A stretch of DNA of 64,000 nucleotides, from positions 2,232,001-2,296,000 of the forward strand of contig LSRY02000003.1 in NCBI GenBank assembly GCA_001643675.2. Reading direction: 5' to 3'. The stretch's first letter is position 1. The number at the start of each line of letters is the position of its first letter. Source of the DNA: Monocercomonoides exilis PA203. Taxonomy: Eukaryota; Protista; Preaxostyla. Below the pieces are notes generated by a model that worked only from the letters and a program-made list of their open reading frames with translations, did not search any database and was not told the origin of the DNA. This document shows positions 41,693-55,353 of the stretch, one piece after another. A program made the translations under genes and the position numbers.

Positions 41693-42934
41693 TTGTCATC
41701 CACTCAACTCTCTTTCTTCCATTCCCTCAACAGCCCCTCCACTTCTCTCTCTGCCTTCAACACCTCTTTCCTTCATCAAACTCGATCTTCATCAAATGCA
41801 CCTATCGTTCATATTGGAACTGAAACTGAAAGAAAATCACCTGGAAGATTGGCCACTTTTGATGAGAATAGCCATTGTTTTGAGTGGTGTGAATGGAAAG
41901 ATTCAAATGGAGGAAACGATCATGGAGGAGCACTTAAAGTCTTTTGTGTAAATGCCAACCTCACAATCACTTCTTGTTCATTCAACAAATGTTCGATCAC
42001 AGGCGATACTGGTGGTGGAGCGTTATACAGTTACTGTTTGCAAAATGAGAATATTGCAAAATCAAATTTTTCAAACTGTTCTGCTCCTCATGGAGGTGCA
42101 ATTGATATTGATGGCAGACAATCATCTTCCATTTATTCATTTTCTGATAACAAAGTCGAAAATTGTTCAATAACTAGCATTTATGGAACTGGATGGTATT
42201 TTTATATTGGTGATTTTTCTTCAAACGGCCAATTCTTGTTCATCAAATGCAAGTGCATCGCAAATACTGGTGGAGATTCCACTGGTTCTTTAACATTTCA
42301 TCACAGTCCAGTTAACAAACCAAATCAATTTTCAATCAATGATTGTCAGTTTAGAAATAACAAATTGACAAATGCATCTTCTACACGCGGAGGTGCAGCG
42401 ATGTGTTTTTATCCTCCATATCCTTGGATGAGTGGAGTTAAATTCATCACATTCTGCTTCTTCGATAGCAACACTGCAACTAATGGCAGAGGGAATGATG
42501 TATTCTTCAATGGAAGCAGCATCACTCAATCTCCTTTCCAGCAATGCGGTTCAACAACTCCAACAAAAAGAGTGTGGAATGCAGGAACTGCAGATAGCAG
42601 TGTGTACAATGGATGGCTTCCAATCATCGACCAGAACAAAATCGTTGCCAGCAATGGAACTGATGTCGATGCCTGTGGCAGACCCCAACAGACCCCATGT
42701 GCCACCATCGAGTATGCCCTCACTGGCTTCATTTCCCTCCTCCAAGACGCCTCTCTCACCCTCCTCACCTCAACATTTGTTCCAACTCAAACACTCACTT
42801 TCAGCGCGGTTGACACAAAAATCAATGGAAATGATAAACTTTTTCTTACGTTCTTTCCTTTCCTTCATTTTCTCATTTTCGCCATTTTCCATGTCATAGA
42901 AAAATTCATGAGCTTTCATAGCTTTTTCAACTGA
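41693..42934 (+). CDS. Beta-helix cassette c7
   Basis: Same family. 5' core identical to c3; upstream flank (41240-41690) homologous to that of c1. Confidence 0.75.
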   Translation: MSSTQLSFFHSLNSPSTSLSAFNTSFLHQTRSSSNAPIVHIGTETERKSPGRLATFDENSHCFEWCEWKDSNGGNDHGGALKVFCVNANLTITSCSFNKCSITGDTGGGALYSYCLQNENIAKSNFSNCSAPHGGAIDIDGRQSSSIYSFSDNKVENCSITSIYGTGWYFYIGDFSSNGQFLFIKCKCIANTGGDSTGSLTFHHSPVNKPNQFSINDCQFRNNKLTNASSTRGGAAMCFYPPYPWMSGVKFITFCFFDSNTATNGRGNDVFFNGSSITQSPFQQCGSTTPTKRVWNAGTADSSVYNGWLPIIDQNKIVASNGTDVDACGRPQQTPCATIEYALTGFISLLQDASLTLLTSTFVPTQTLTFSAVDTKINGNDKLFLTFFPFLHFLIFAIFHVIEKFMSFHSFFN

Positions 42935-45900
42935 CGTATATATCATCACTAATTTTTTCAAAATCCTTAACGTCAGCTCAAATAAACATATTTCTTCGTC
43001 ATTTCTTCATCTATTTTCTCCTTTTCATCAAAGGCAAATTCCGCTTGTTGCTTTACATCATCTATTTCTTCTCTTCAACATGCATTTCTTCAATCATATT
43101 CGAAGGTTTTTCAATTATTATATTTTCATCAGCTTTCATATTTCAACTTGTTCGCGTCCGATTAGCGCAACAACCTCTTTGAAATTTCCCTTCAAATAAG
43201 TCTTTTTCTCAAAATAGCTTTTCCTTTTCTTCTCATTTTCAACTATTTGCTCCAGTTTCGTAGCTGCAAAATCTTCCGAAGGTTATTTTTTGGAACCCAT
43301 CCATTCCAAGCAAAAATTGCTTCAACGTTCTAACCTTTTCACTTCAAATGCTTCATCTTCCAAATAAAAATGCCAGAATTGGTTCAGTTGTTGATAACGT
43401 GCAGATTTTTCTTTGCTTTGTGCAGAATCACTTCCGTCGAAATATAATTTCTGCTGATATTCATTAATTGAATAAATATTTCTTTGTATCTTTCCAAATC
43501 GCAACGATAGATGAGGTCTGGCCCTGGGTTCGATGAGAGTTGAATGAAACGTAAAAATCAACATAATTCTTGATGTTCATCGAAGAAGGCGTTGAAGAAG
43601 ACAAAGAAGAAGATAATATGAAAAGACTGATGTTGAACAGATGGCTTTTTTTCTCATCGGAATTGTTAAAAAAAATGAAACGAAGAATCATTTGACGATT
43701 GATCTGCCGAGTTTAGGAAAAGTGAATGAAGCTATTTTCCTTTCGGTTTTGTGGTACTGCTGATTGCACAGCTTAAATGCATCAGAAGGTCGATAGCCTG
43801 ATCCAACTAGTTGAATGTGAAAACGGCATTGAAGAAGCATAAGATAATGGTGAAGATGGCGTAGCAGGTGGGAAAGAATAAAACGTAGAAGAAGATGAAG
43901 AAGATGAAGAAAAAGAAGAAGAAGTTATTGAGAGATGAACAATCAGTCAAATAATATTTCTGAATAAGATGATGAAAATGACTCGTATGATATTGTCAGT
44001 TGGTTAAATGTCACATTTGATAAGTTGACTTCAGAAGGAATATAAAACCCCAATAACAAATAAAATTGGCCAATTCGCATTAATAAGTCAATGAAAACTG
44101 ATATTCTCAGTTCATTTGCAAACTTTGTGTGGTTTCATTTCCTTTCTCTTCAAAAACAAAAAACAATGGCGTATGAATGCTGGCTCCGAAAATACAAAAG
44201 GCATCAAATGAAGATGAATACGAAGATGAAGAGGAAAAGGAAGAAGTTGAATAAGGTGAAGAATATGATGCTAAAGAAGATTGCTTTGCTTGTTTTGAGG
44301 TTGATGGTGATGAATGAGATGATAAAGACGAAGAAGAAGACGAAGAAAAAGAAAAAGAAGGAGAAGGAGAAGAAGAATGAACAGGAGAAGGAGTGCTGTG
44401 TGCGGAATATATCTGTCGGAGATAAAGCTTTCAGGTCGCATTTCTCCGAATGAGAATGTTCTCATTTGCTTATTTTGGAATTGACGGAAAGAAGAAGAAG
44501 ATGAAGATGATGAAGATGATGAAGATGATGATAATGCTGATGAAAAAGGAGAAGAAGGAGAAGGAGGAGAAGAAGAAGAAGGAGAAGATGATGATGATGA
44601 AAATATGAAAAAGTCGAATATGCCAAAACTCATTCATTCTCATTCAATCACATTCAATTCTGCTCTGTGTGTGTGTGTGTGACTGCAACAGCATGTCGAG
44701 CAGCTTCAGTTGGATCATCTGAAATCCCACAACCAGCAGTCGACTGCAACAAGACACCAAACAGCACAACAAATTGTCCCTCCTCTCCTCTCCTCTCTTC
44801 TCCTGAGTCTGTCAACACATTCACCCAGCCACAGACAGATTGTCTTCCTCATTCCCAGCGTTCAGAAACAGCCTGCTCCTCTCCCACAAAAAAAAAAACT
44901 GCACCCAGCCAATCTGCTGCTCCAATCACATTCAGACAATTCAAATGTTCGCATGAAAATAATATCAATCGCTTCGCATTCCAATTCCGAGCAGGCGCTC
45001 CTCAAAAAATGCTTGTTCCATCATCTCCTGCAGCTCCTGCGCCGCAGACTCGCCCCCAATCCAAAACTCGTATGAATTCTGCAATTAATTCGCATATCCC
45101 GCTGCTTCAGGCGCTTCTCCCAGGAAGCCCATCGCTTCATCTCAGCAGCAGCGTCTTCCCCATTTTTTGAGGCATTTCCCCTTCAGCAAGAAGATTCTCG
45201 ATGCCTTCACCAAAGCCTGTCTCTGCCACAATCAGCAAATCTCACTCAATCGAGGCCGGCTGACCAAAAGCAGCAAAGCAAGCTCCAGAAAACATAGCAC
45301 AGAACAAAACCAAACTCTCTCCAGATTGCACTCAAAATGCATCGCTTCTCCAATGACAAGCAAAATCGCCCAAACGAAATCGGCCTTCCTGCCTGAAACG
45401 TCCCATCCAGCCTCAAACATTCGCTGATCGCCATCCAAAAATAAAAAAAGAAAAGAAAAGAAATTGTTGCATTTCTCCGCTTCTTCGCATCGCACACTCC
45501 AAAAAGTTGCTTTTCTCGCTCATCTGCCCCTCCTTCCCCATTTTGTTTGCTTGTTTGTTTGTTTGGCCTCTCAATCCATGCTGCCACTCTTTTCCTCATA
45601 TTTTCTTCTTCAACAGCAAAATAACAGCCCTCGCAAATTCGTGCTGAATCGCCCTGCATGCGGAGCAAGCGATTCTCCTGCTGCCAGACTTGCCTTCCCA
45701 GCACATCCCCTGCCGTGCCCTAACAAAAGCAGAGCATTCACATTCGAACTGAAATTACCCTGCGGCAATCGCCTTGCTGCTGGCACTTGTGCTCCAACAG
45801 CATCTGCAGCTCCAAGCACCCGCTCTATTGCGGTCGCTTTTATCGCCACAACACTCCCTTCCAACGAAGCGCTCTCAGCAACTGCTGTAGTTGCACCCCG

Positions 45901-48900
45901 CCGGTTCCAATGACAGAATCTCCCTGATCCAACATTGCAGGCACAGCCCTCAATTTCGAACTCTTTTGCAGCAGGTCTAATGGCATCCTCCACTTGTGCC
46001 TTTGCAGTGATTCCATCATCCAAATGCATCGCCCTTATGCTTCTCCAATCCGCATGCCCCAAGGGCTCGCCCATCTGAGGTTAATGCGATCCAGAACAAC
46101 TCTTTCAAACATTTCCTTTGCGCGCTGCTTGCTCACCAGTCACAAAAACGAATCAATCCTTAAGGGGAAGTTTTTTCAATAATGATTTTATAGCAGTAAT
46201 CGAACTATTCATTGCATCGTCATACACGGCTACTCACTGCCGAGTGCACAAATTAATTCTCCACAAGAACGCAAACCCAAACCCAATTCGAGGATGGCCA
46301 CGCTTTGCTTTGCACTCGTATCGGGAAAAAAAGTGGAACTATATATCCCCAAAGCCAATCCCCTTGCCGACGATACAAACAGCATCAGTGATGCCATGGC
46401 AGAGGAAAGAAGACAAAGACAGCACATTCAATGAGACAGAAGAATTTCAAGCAGAAAAATTTCTTTTCAAGCCCAAAAGTGAAAATGTTCTCATAGAATT
46501 CATTCATTGCACGAGTAATGCAGTTGTAAAATGCAATGATCTCCTTGTTGCGACAAATCAGCATCCGGATCTGCGTTCTCACACAAAAACTATCAAATTA
46601 ACCGCTCAAACAAATTGAAACTCATGCCACAAAAACAGGGCGTCTTCCCCGCATGTAATGATTTATGCTCTTGCAAAAGGAACTGGCTTGATGGTAATAC
46701 ATATTTTCGTTCAGAGACAGCTCGTTTCGGACAAAACTTGCCCATCTTAATTTCTAAAAAGTTTTCCTTTTGCACACTGCTTCCGAGCACTTGCCTCACG
46801 CAACACAATTTTGTTCTTCCAATTCCATCTCAATTTAATGCTGCAGTCTGGTTTGAATCATCAGCCAGCTGATTTAAATCATTCTGCACAATGCCCGATT
46901 CGTTCCAAGGTTCAGCGCAATTAACCTTCACGAAAATATATTGGCGCAAATTTTACATTTCTAGACAAACAGAGAAAAGCATATTATGAGCGTAAAACGA
47001 CTCAAAACTCGCATAAAAATTCAATATAGTGTTTCGTATTTGATTATGGTTATAAATTCATCATTATCGAGCAAAGCATGGGAGCTATTCGTCACAAGAT
47101 TTGTTAATAATTATTTGCAACAAATGAAAAGCAAATATTGTTTTCGGAATCAATCGAACAGTCGTCATGGAAAAAATGGATTATGATCATCAAAATGCTT
47201 TTGAACTTTATTTCTTGAAGCTGTTTTGAATTGGGCTTGCTTGGGTTATTGTGCGGAAGCAGTTCGTTTAAAAGCTGGATGAAATATTTTCATTTGTGTT
47301 TGTGAGTTATTTTTCATGCTTTGTTGTTCATGAATGGAAACAATTTTTCTGCAGAATGAATGGTGCGTCAGCGCAAAGCGCTGCACCTGTACAGCAATAG
47401 ACGAAGGACAATGATACTCTACAATTGTTGCTAAGGTTCGCATTCCAATGGGCCCAGAAGAAAGATTTGAATATGGAAAGTCTTTATGAATGGTAATTGT
47501 TCAGAATATTGGAGAATACGAAATTAAAGAGGGGGACGAAAAATATCCATTTGAACATACGAAAATAATACTTTTTTCGATAATGCTGAAGTTATGTTTG
47601 TGTAATAAACCGATGGATATGCTTCGTTTTGGTCATCATATATTTTCAAGCTAGATTGAGCAAAGAGAAAGAGAAAAAGAAGAACAGGGAAATGTGGAAA
47701 AGAAGAAATTAAAGAATTGTCTGAGCAAAATGAAAAGCTCAAACACTCAAGCGAGTCTAGCACGACCATTGAAAAGGAATAAAGGCAAATGGATAACTGC
47801 AAAGAAAAATAAAGGAGGCAACAATAACAAAAGGAGTACGAACAAGAAAAAATGAAGGAAGGGAACTCCCATTTGCGAATGACAAAACAAGTGGTTGAAA
47901 AGGCGACGAATTTGATTACAAACGATGAGCAAGACAAGGGAATGTTTTGTGTTTGCCTGTACCAAACAAAGACAGCAAACAGCAATATCTGCTGAATCGA
48001 CTGCTTATTTCGTTCATTTGTTCTTCGACTTGTTTGCCTCAGCTGCAAGTCCAATAAAGCAACAGGGCTTACAAACGCAGTTGCCTGACAAAAACAAAAG
48101 GACTTATTTTTGCAGAGCGAAACAACGGAACAGGAAGCAAGTTTGAAGGGGTAAAAAATCCGCCTTCAAGACAGCCACGAGTTACAAAGCATGGTAGAGT
48201 ATCCCAACAGAGAAATGATTCATTGCAGCAAATAGACATGGAAATGAAAAAAGGAAGATTTGCCAAAAGAGACGAATGACAGGGCATCACAAGAGGAAAG
48301 CAAAGAAGAAAATGAAAATATTTGCCAACTTTGTGATGCAAATGAGAAAGAAAAATGAAAAAGATGAAGAAAACTGCCGAAAAGTGGAAGACTTGAGATT
48401 GATTCTAAATGAGTAGGAAACAGCGAAGCAAAACACGATAAAGCGAAATGAACGCGAGTGTGGTGGCAACAAAAAAAGAGAAATGAGCAGAAGAGATATT
48501 TCAAGCAAACGAAAAACAGCACCAAAGTGATCAAAAACAAACAAGAAAAGGAAAGGAAAAAAAAATGTCAGTTTGGATTTTATTGAAAAGAAAAATGCTG
48601 CAGTATCAAACAGGTGGTTCATTGCTGTTATCGTCCTTTTCTTGATCTTCTTCAGATCAACTGAGTGTGCTCCAAAGTGTGTCAAATGCTTGCTGCTTGT
48701 TGTTGCATGCTATTCTTTTCATCTTCACAGGCTTTTTTGTTTTGTCTCGTTGCTTTCCACTTTTCTTTTCCAGAAAAAGCTCAATCTTGTGTTGCTCTCC
48801 CCTGCTCGCTTCCGAAGCATTGATATTTATCAACGCTTTTTGTCTCAAACTACATTGACGTTGAAAGGTGTTTGCACAACTTAAGCTTCGTGCGACAATC

Positions 48901-49701
48901 ACATGCTAATAAAAGTGATGGCGAGGGTTATTCCACTTGCCCCATTCCTTCGTTTTCTGCTTCCTTTTCCTCCTCATTTTTATCAAACTTCTGCAACATC
49001 ATCGCAAGGATTCCACCTTTCAAATCACATCTCTGTTGTTTGTGATGCCTTTCATCTTCGTCCTCCTCACTCACTTCCATGGATATCAAAAATATTGTTA
49101 TTTTCTTCCCATCAAAATCCATCAGATTCAATGACGGGCCTTATCTCCTGTGACTATTCAGGAGCACAACACTTATTTTCAATCTGTCGCAACCAGTGGT
49201 CGAGTCTGTGCAGGAATGGAAGTGATGCTATTTTTAGCCAAGAAAAGCCGATCAGCAGGCGCACAACAAAAAACACAGAGAGAGATCGATTCTTTCTTTT
49301 TCATTTGGAGGTTGAAGGGTATGCAGAAGAAAAAGAAGAAGGAGGAGGAGAAGCTGTTCAGAACGAGTGATTTGACAGTGTCTTTCGAGAGATTTTGCAA
49401 CATCATGTGCATTCAACGAGTCGCGAAAAATAAAAAGAGAAGATGAACTGAATTTGAAGGAGAAGTGCATTCAAATGAGGATTTACGAAAGGGGGGCATG
49501 AATAGCATGCAGACAAATTGGAATGGAAAAATTGAAGAAATTATAATTTATGTGAAACTACAAGATATCGTCGAAGAAATACTCTTTTTGAAGAAAGGAA
49601 AAAGATAATACCTTCGCACTGAGGGCTGACTCGAAATTGAAGAAACAAAATTAGAGAAACTTATGAGGATATATTTTTTCTGCGTTGATGTTATTCTTTT
49701 T

Positions 49702-51030
49702 CTAAGCAAATAGTAGCATATATGCCATTTGAAAATGGGATGAAAGCTCATGAATTTGGCAATGATACGGAAAATATTCAAAAATTAAAAGAAATAATGA
49801 TAGAATATTAACTGTTTTATATGATGAAAATAGAAGGAACAATAAAGAAATCAGACAAATTTCATCATTTCCAGTGATTATGGTGTCAGCCACACTGAAG
49901 GTGAGTGTTAGAGTTGAAACAAATATTGAGGTGAGAAGGGAGAGGGAGGCATCGCTGAAGGGAGCAACGCACCCGAGAGCATACTCCACTGTGGCACATG
50001 GGCTTTGCTGTGTTTTGCCACAGGCATCGACATCAGTTCCACCATTTGCAACGATTTTGTTCTGGTTGATGATTGGAAGCCAGCCATTGTACACATCATT
50101 ATCAGCTTGTCCATTATTCCACACTCTTTTTGCTGGGGTTGTTGATCCGCATTGCTGGAATGGAGATTGGGTAATGCTGCTGCCATTGAAAAACACATCA
50201 TTCCCTCTGCCATTTGTTGCTGTATTTCCTTCGAAGAAGCAGAATGTGATGAATTTTACTCCACTCATCCAGGAATATGTGTCTCTGAAAAACATTGCAG
50301 CACCTCCCCATGAAGTTGAATTTGATGTCAATTTGTTGTTATTAAACTGACAATCATTAACCAAAAATTGACTCGGTTTGTTGCTTGGAGGCCAATTAAA
50401 TGTTAAAGAACCAGCAGCATCTCCACCAGAGTTTGAAATGCACTCGCATTTGGTGAACAGGAATTGACCGTTTGATGAAAAATCACCAATAAAAAAATAC
50501 CATCCAGTTCCATAAATGCTAGTTATTGAACAATTTTCAACTCTGTTGTCTGAAAATGAATAAACGGAAGATGATTGCCGACCATCAATGCAAATTGCTC
50601 CTCCATTTTGTGCTGAACAGTTTGTGAAATTGGATTTAGCAATATTCACATTTGATAAATATATGCTGTATAACGCTCCACCATTTGTTCCATTTGTGGA
50701 ACAATTGAAAAATGAGCACGAAGTGATTGTGAGATTTGCGTTTGTGCAGTTGACATAAAGTGCACCTCCCCAGGAACTTCCACCATTTGAATCATTCCAT
50801 TCGCACCATTCAAATTTATGGCTGTTCTCATCAAAATCATACAACCTTCCAGGCGTTTTTCTTTCAGTTTTAGTTCCAACATGAACCACAGCAACATTGG
50901 CTGAAGATCGAGTTTGATGGAGGAAAGAAGCGTTGAAGGCAGATAGTGAAGTGAATGGGCTATTGAAGTTGGGGATGATGGCACCATCGATAGGGTTGTG
51001 AGTGTGTTTGAAGATGGTTGAGTGGATGGA
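49702..51030 (-). CDS. Beta-helix cassette c8
   Basis: Same family. The ORF call is 49702-50889, with homology extending upstream through the HNPIDG block. Confidence 0.72.
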   Translation of the reverse strand, partial: SIHSTIFKHTHNPIDGAIIPNFNSPFTSLSAFNASFLHQTRSSANVAVVHVGTKTERKTPGRLYDFDENSHKFEWCEWNDSNGGSSWGGALYVNCTNANLTITSCSFFNCSTNGTNGGALYSIYLSNVNIAKSNFTNCSAQNGGAICIDGRQSSSVYSFSDNRVENCSITSIYGTGWYFFIGDFSSNGQFLFTKCECISNSGGDAAGSLTFNWPPSNKPSQFLVNDCQFNNNKLTSNSTSWGGAAMFFRDTYSWMSGVKFITFCFFEGNTATNGRGNDVFFNGSSITQSPFQQCGSTTPAKRVWNNGQADNDVYNGWLPIINQNKIVANGGTDVDACGKTQQSPCATVEYALGCVAPFSDASLSLLTSIFVSTLTLTFSVADTIITGNDEICLISLLFLLFSSYKTVNILSLFLLIFEYFPYHCQIHELSSHFQMAYMLLFA

Positions 51031-51189
51031 GAGAGATGAGTTGAAGGGTTTTGTTTGTCAGATGAATGCGGAAACAAAGTTGAAAAACCAGAAAAAATTG
51101 GAAAATCAAATATCTCGGTATTTGTTTATTTATTTATCTTCATCATTCTCAGCTTCAATCAACTCATCAATTAATTCATTATCATCACC

Positions 51190-51268
51190 TTCTTCAAATT
51201 CTTCTTCAAATTCTTCTTCAAATTCTTCTTCAAATTCTTCTTCAAATTATTCTTCAAATTATTCTTCC
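51190..51268 (+). repeat. 12-bp tandem repeat (TCTTCTTCAAAT)n
   Basis: About 6 copies visible. Confidence 0.8.
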
Positions 51269-51758
51269 GCTTCATCTATTTTGAATTTCTTCACATTTGA
51301 TATCTGCATCAGAGATCATGAACGAAATGAAGAAAAAGATGAACTTTTGCAACTGAAGGAAATATTCGGAAATAAGAAAGAGAGGAAGAAGAATGAAAGA
51401 AGATGAAAAAGATGAGAAAGAGAAAGAAAAAATAAGATCCTGTTTTTTGGATAATTGATAAATGGAAAAGAGATTGAGAGGGTTGAAGAGATTTTTGTGT
51501 TAAAGAGAGAAGATGTTTCGAAGAGGAGATTCGAGTTGAATGTTGAATTTGGAAGGAAAGTATTTGGATAAACGGATGGTAATTTTGAGAAGCGGTAAAA
51601 CAAACAGGGGCAAATGACGAGATTCAGGAAATAAACTATCAAATTTGAGAGAAAAGAAAGAATGCAAGGAGAGGAGAAAATAGAGAAAGCAAAAATAAGA
51701 GACGGAAGTTAGAAAGACATTTCATTGGAAAAATTAGAGAAGGAAAGATAAGCTACGG

Positions 51759-52694
51759 TCAGCCATTATATTCAGCATTATCAGCTGTTCCTTGATTCCA
51801 CACTCTTTTTGATGCTGTTGTTGAGCCACATTGCTGGAATGGAGATTGGATGATGCTGCTGCCATTGAAAAACACATCGTTTCCTCTTCCATTTGTGGCA
51901 GTGTTGCCATCGAAGAAACAAAATGTGATGAATTTTATTTCATTCATCCAAGTGAAGGTTGCATCCAAATAGATGGCAGCGCCTCCTCGTGTTGATGAAG
52001 TTGATGTCAATTCATTATTTACAAATTGGCAGTCATTTACCAAAAATTGACTCGGTTTGTTTTGTGGAGGCCAATTAAATGTTAGAGAGCCAGCAGCATC
52101 ACCACCTGAGTTTGAAATGCACTTGCATTTAGAAAACAGGAATTGGCAAGTCGAAGTCATATTATTGAGCCAGAAATACCAACCAGTTCCACACCAGTAT
52201 GTTATCTTACAACTTTCCACTCTATTTTCTGAGAACGTCCAAACAGAATTCGTTTGAGGATACCTGATGCAATTTGCTCCTCCATGGCCAGCCGAGCATC
52301 CCGTGAAATTTGATTTTGCCATATTTATTTTCAACAAGTAATGACAGTATAATGCCCCTCCACCACTATCACTTCCTGGACAATTGCAATTGAAAAACGA
52401 ACAAGAAGTGATTTCGAGATTGGCATTTGTGCACTCAACATGAAGTGCACCTCCATTATCATTCCCACTATTTGAATTTTCCCATTCGCACCACTCAAAT
52501 TTATGGCTGTTCTCATCAAATGAAGTCAATCTTCCAGGTTTCGCTCTTTGAGTTTCATTTCCAATGTGTTCAACAGGGGCATTTGATGAAGATCGTGTTT
52601 GGTGAAGGAAAGATGTGTTGAAGGCAGAGAGAGAAGTAGATGTGCTGTTGAGGTTGGGGAGGATGGCGCCATCAATTGGGTTTTTGGTGAGCAA
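51759..52694 (-). pseudogene. Beta-helix cassette c9 (left palindrome arm; W->TGA stop)
   Basis: Same family. Ends 'ADNAEYNG*' where other copies continue NGWLP. Confidence 0.75.
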
Positions 52695-53755
52695 AAGAAT
52701 AAATCAATAGAAATAGAATAGAATTATATTTGTAAAGTGTGCATTCACGATGATGATTATGAAACGGATGATAGATTGATCATTATTGGAATCTAAATTT
52801 TATAATTGCTTTTTTTCTGGGTTTTCTTTGGAATATTATTTTTGAACGAGTGAGCGATGCAGCAGGAGAAGAAGAAAAAGATTTTCATTAGAGCATGAAT
52901 TATTTTGTTGAAAGAATGAGTGTTGTTTGAAATTGGTATAACGCGTTGACTGAGATTATGATATTTGTTGTGAGCATTTTCATTCTGTTTGCCTTCTGAA
53001 CGATTGTGCTTTCTGTGGTAAAGTCGAAAAAAGATTGATAAAAAAATATCTGTTCTTTGTTTTTCTTTTTCTTTGTATTTGTTGCACAATAAAATAATTT
53101 GAAATGAGAATTTTTGTGCATGAAATGGTGAGCTTGTGGTTTGCCATTGTCGAATTTTGAAAGTGTTGTTAATTGTTGTTGTTGTCGAAACGGAGTTATT
53201 TGTTTGTTCAGATTTTTTCAAAAATGTTATTTTTCTTGGAGCGTGAATAATTGTGGATATCTTTGTGAATATTCAATCCTCACAACAATTATTGATATTT
53301 GTTTTCCATTAATAATAATTCATATGTTGTTTCACAAAAAAACACATCAAAAAATTCTTGCAAAGTGATTGATTTACATGAAAAAAATTTTTTTTGAAAA
53401 AAATGATTATTGGCAAACCCATTTTGCCATTGGTGATTGTGATTTCACTTCTTCTTCAATATTCATATTAAAGACAGTAAAATACTTCTTTACATTGAAA
53501 AATATTTTCCAACAACAAAAAACACCACAACAAACTGAAATATTGATTGTTTATGAATTCGTTTATTGAATGCGCTTTTTTTCAAATAACTATTTATTTT
53601 TTCTCATTTTTGAATTCTATTTTGTCTGTCAAACATTTCGGTTTGAAAATTCATTTTGAATATTTGAAAATGAACCCTTGAAGTTGATAACTTCTTTTCA
53701 ATAGACCATTTCCTTTCTTTCGTCTCAAACATTGGCTTTTTTTGCAATTACTATA

Positions 53756-54204
53756 CAGTCTAAACCGGATATAATCACTTCGAATATAATTATATTCGTA
53801 TATTGTCACATTTTTCGATGCACAGACATTTTTGGCCTATTTTTCATTCATTTTCCATCGCATGTAATCACTGGGCTGAAAATATATAATCACAATTTTT
53901 ATTATTGTGGGTGATTTTTTCATTGAAAAATCGATTTTTTGATCAATAATTTAAATTTTTCACTTTTTCAAAAATGTGCTCAAATACGTCTAAATTATGT
54001 GTATTTATGATCAAAAATGTTCAAGCAAGTGAAAAAAGTGTATTTGTGCAGAATTTCCAAAAATAAAAAAATCGACCCAAAATTAATTATTTATGAAATT
54101 AATTTATATTTTTTCTATGTAAAGCATCATCGTGTATAATCACAATCGGATATAGCCACAAAAAGTCGTGCAAAAACCGATGTGATTATATCCTGTTTAG
54201 ACTG
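53756..54204. mobile_element. MITE copy 2 (same family as 29267-29716)
   Basis: TA-CAGTCTAAACCGGATATAATCAC ... GTGATTATATCCTGTTTAGACTG-TA. Confidence 0.88.
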
Positions 54205-54904
54205 TATATCGGACATTTTATTATGGATTGATAAATAAATGAAACAAAAATTTGCAATAATCCACATCCCCCAAGAAATATGTTATTTCAAAAATAACAT
54301 CAAAAATTATTGAAATTAGAAAATTTATGATTCAAATTGGAATAATTATCTTTATCATCCGTTTATTATTCATAATTTATAAAAGAAATTATTCAAATTT
54401 GATAAACTAATCTTTCAAAATCATATGGATGATTATTTTTGAAATCATATATCTTCTGTTAAAATTGTAGGATCGAAAAAATTCTTATTTATTTGTTGGA
54501 AATGAACAACGAATAATAACAAAGTTAAACAAATACATCACTGTTTTTCTTTTAAATAAGACATCTAATTTTCAAGCAATAAAACACCCTTCAATATTTG
54601 AATGATTAATATTTAGCTAATAACGAATACACATTAAAAACTCAGACTACGAAAAAAGTTATGATTTCAAAAATAATCATCCATATGATTTTGAAAGATT
54701 AGTTTATCAAATTTGAATAATTTCTTTTATAAATTATGAATAATAAACGGATGATAAAGATAATTATTCCAATTTGAATCATAAATTTTCTAATTTCAAT
54801 AATTTTTGATGTTATTTTTGAAATAACATATTTCTTGGGGGATGTGGATTATTGCAAATTTTTGTTTCATTTATTTATCAATCCATAATAAAATGTCCGA
54901 TATA

Positions 54905-55353
54905 CAGTCTAAACAGGATATAATCACATCGGTTTTTGCACGACTTTTTGTGGCTATATCCGATTGTGATTATACACGATGATGCTTTACATAGAAAAAA
55001 TATAAATTAATTTCATAAATAATTAATTTTGGGTCGATTTTTTTATTTTTGGAAATTCTGCACAAATACACTTTTTTCACTTGCTTGAACATTTTTGATC
55101 ATAAATACACATAATTTAGACGTATTTGAGCACATTTTTGAAAAAGTGAAAAATTTAAATTATTGATCAAAAAATCGATTTTTCAATGAAAAAATCACCC
55201 ACAATAATAAAAATTGTGATTATATATTTTCAGCCCAGTGATTACATGCGATGGAAAATGAATGAAAAATAGGCCAAAAATGTCTGTGCATCGAAAAATG
55301 TGACAATATACGAATATAATTATATTCGAAGTGATTATATCCGGTTTAGACTG
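54905..55353. mobile_element. MITE copy 3 (palindromic mirror of copy 2)
   Basis: Reverse complement of 53756-54204 with the same TA flanks. Confidence 0.88.

Noticed and set aside
51190-51268. CRISPR-like or telomeric repeat
   Set aside because: It is a simple 12-bp tandem repeat with no spacers and no telomeric motif.
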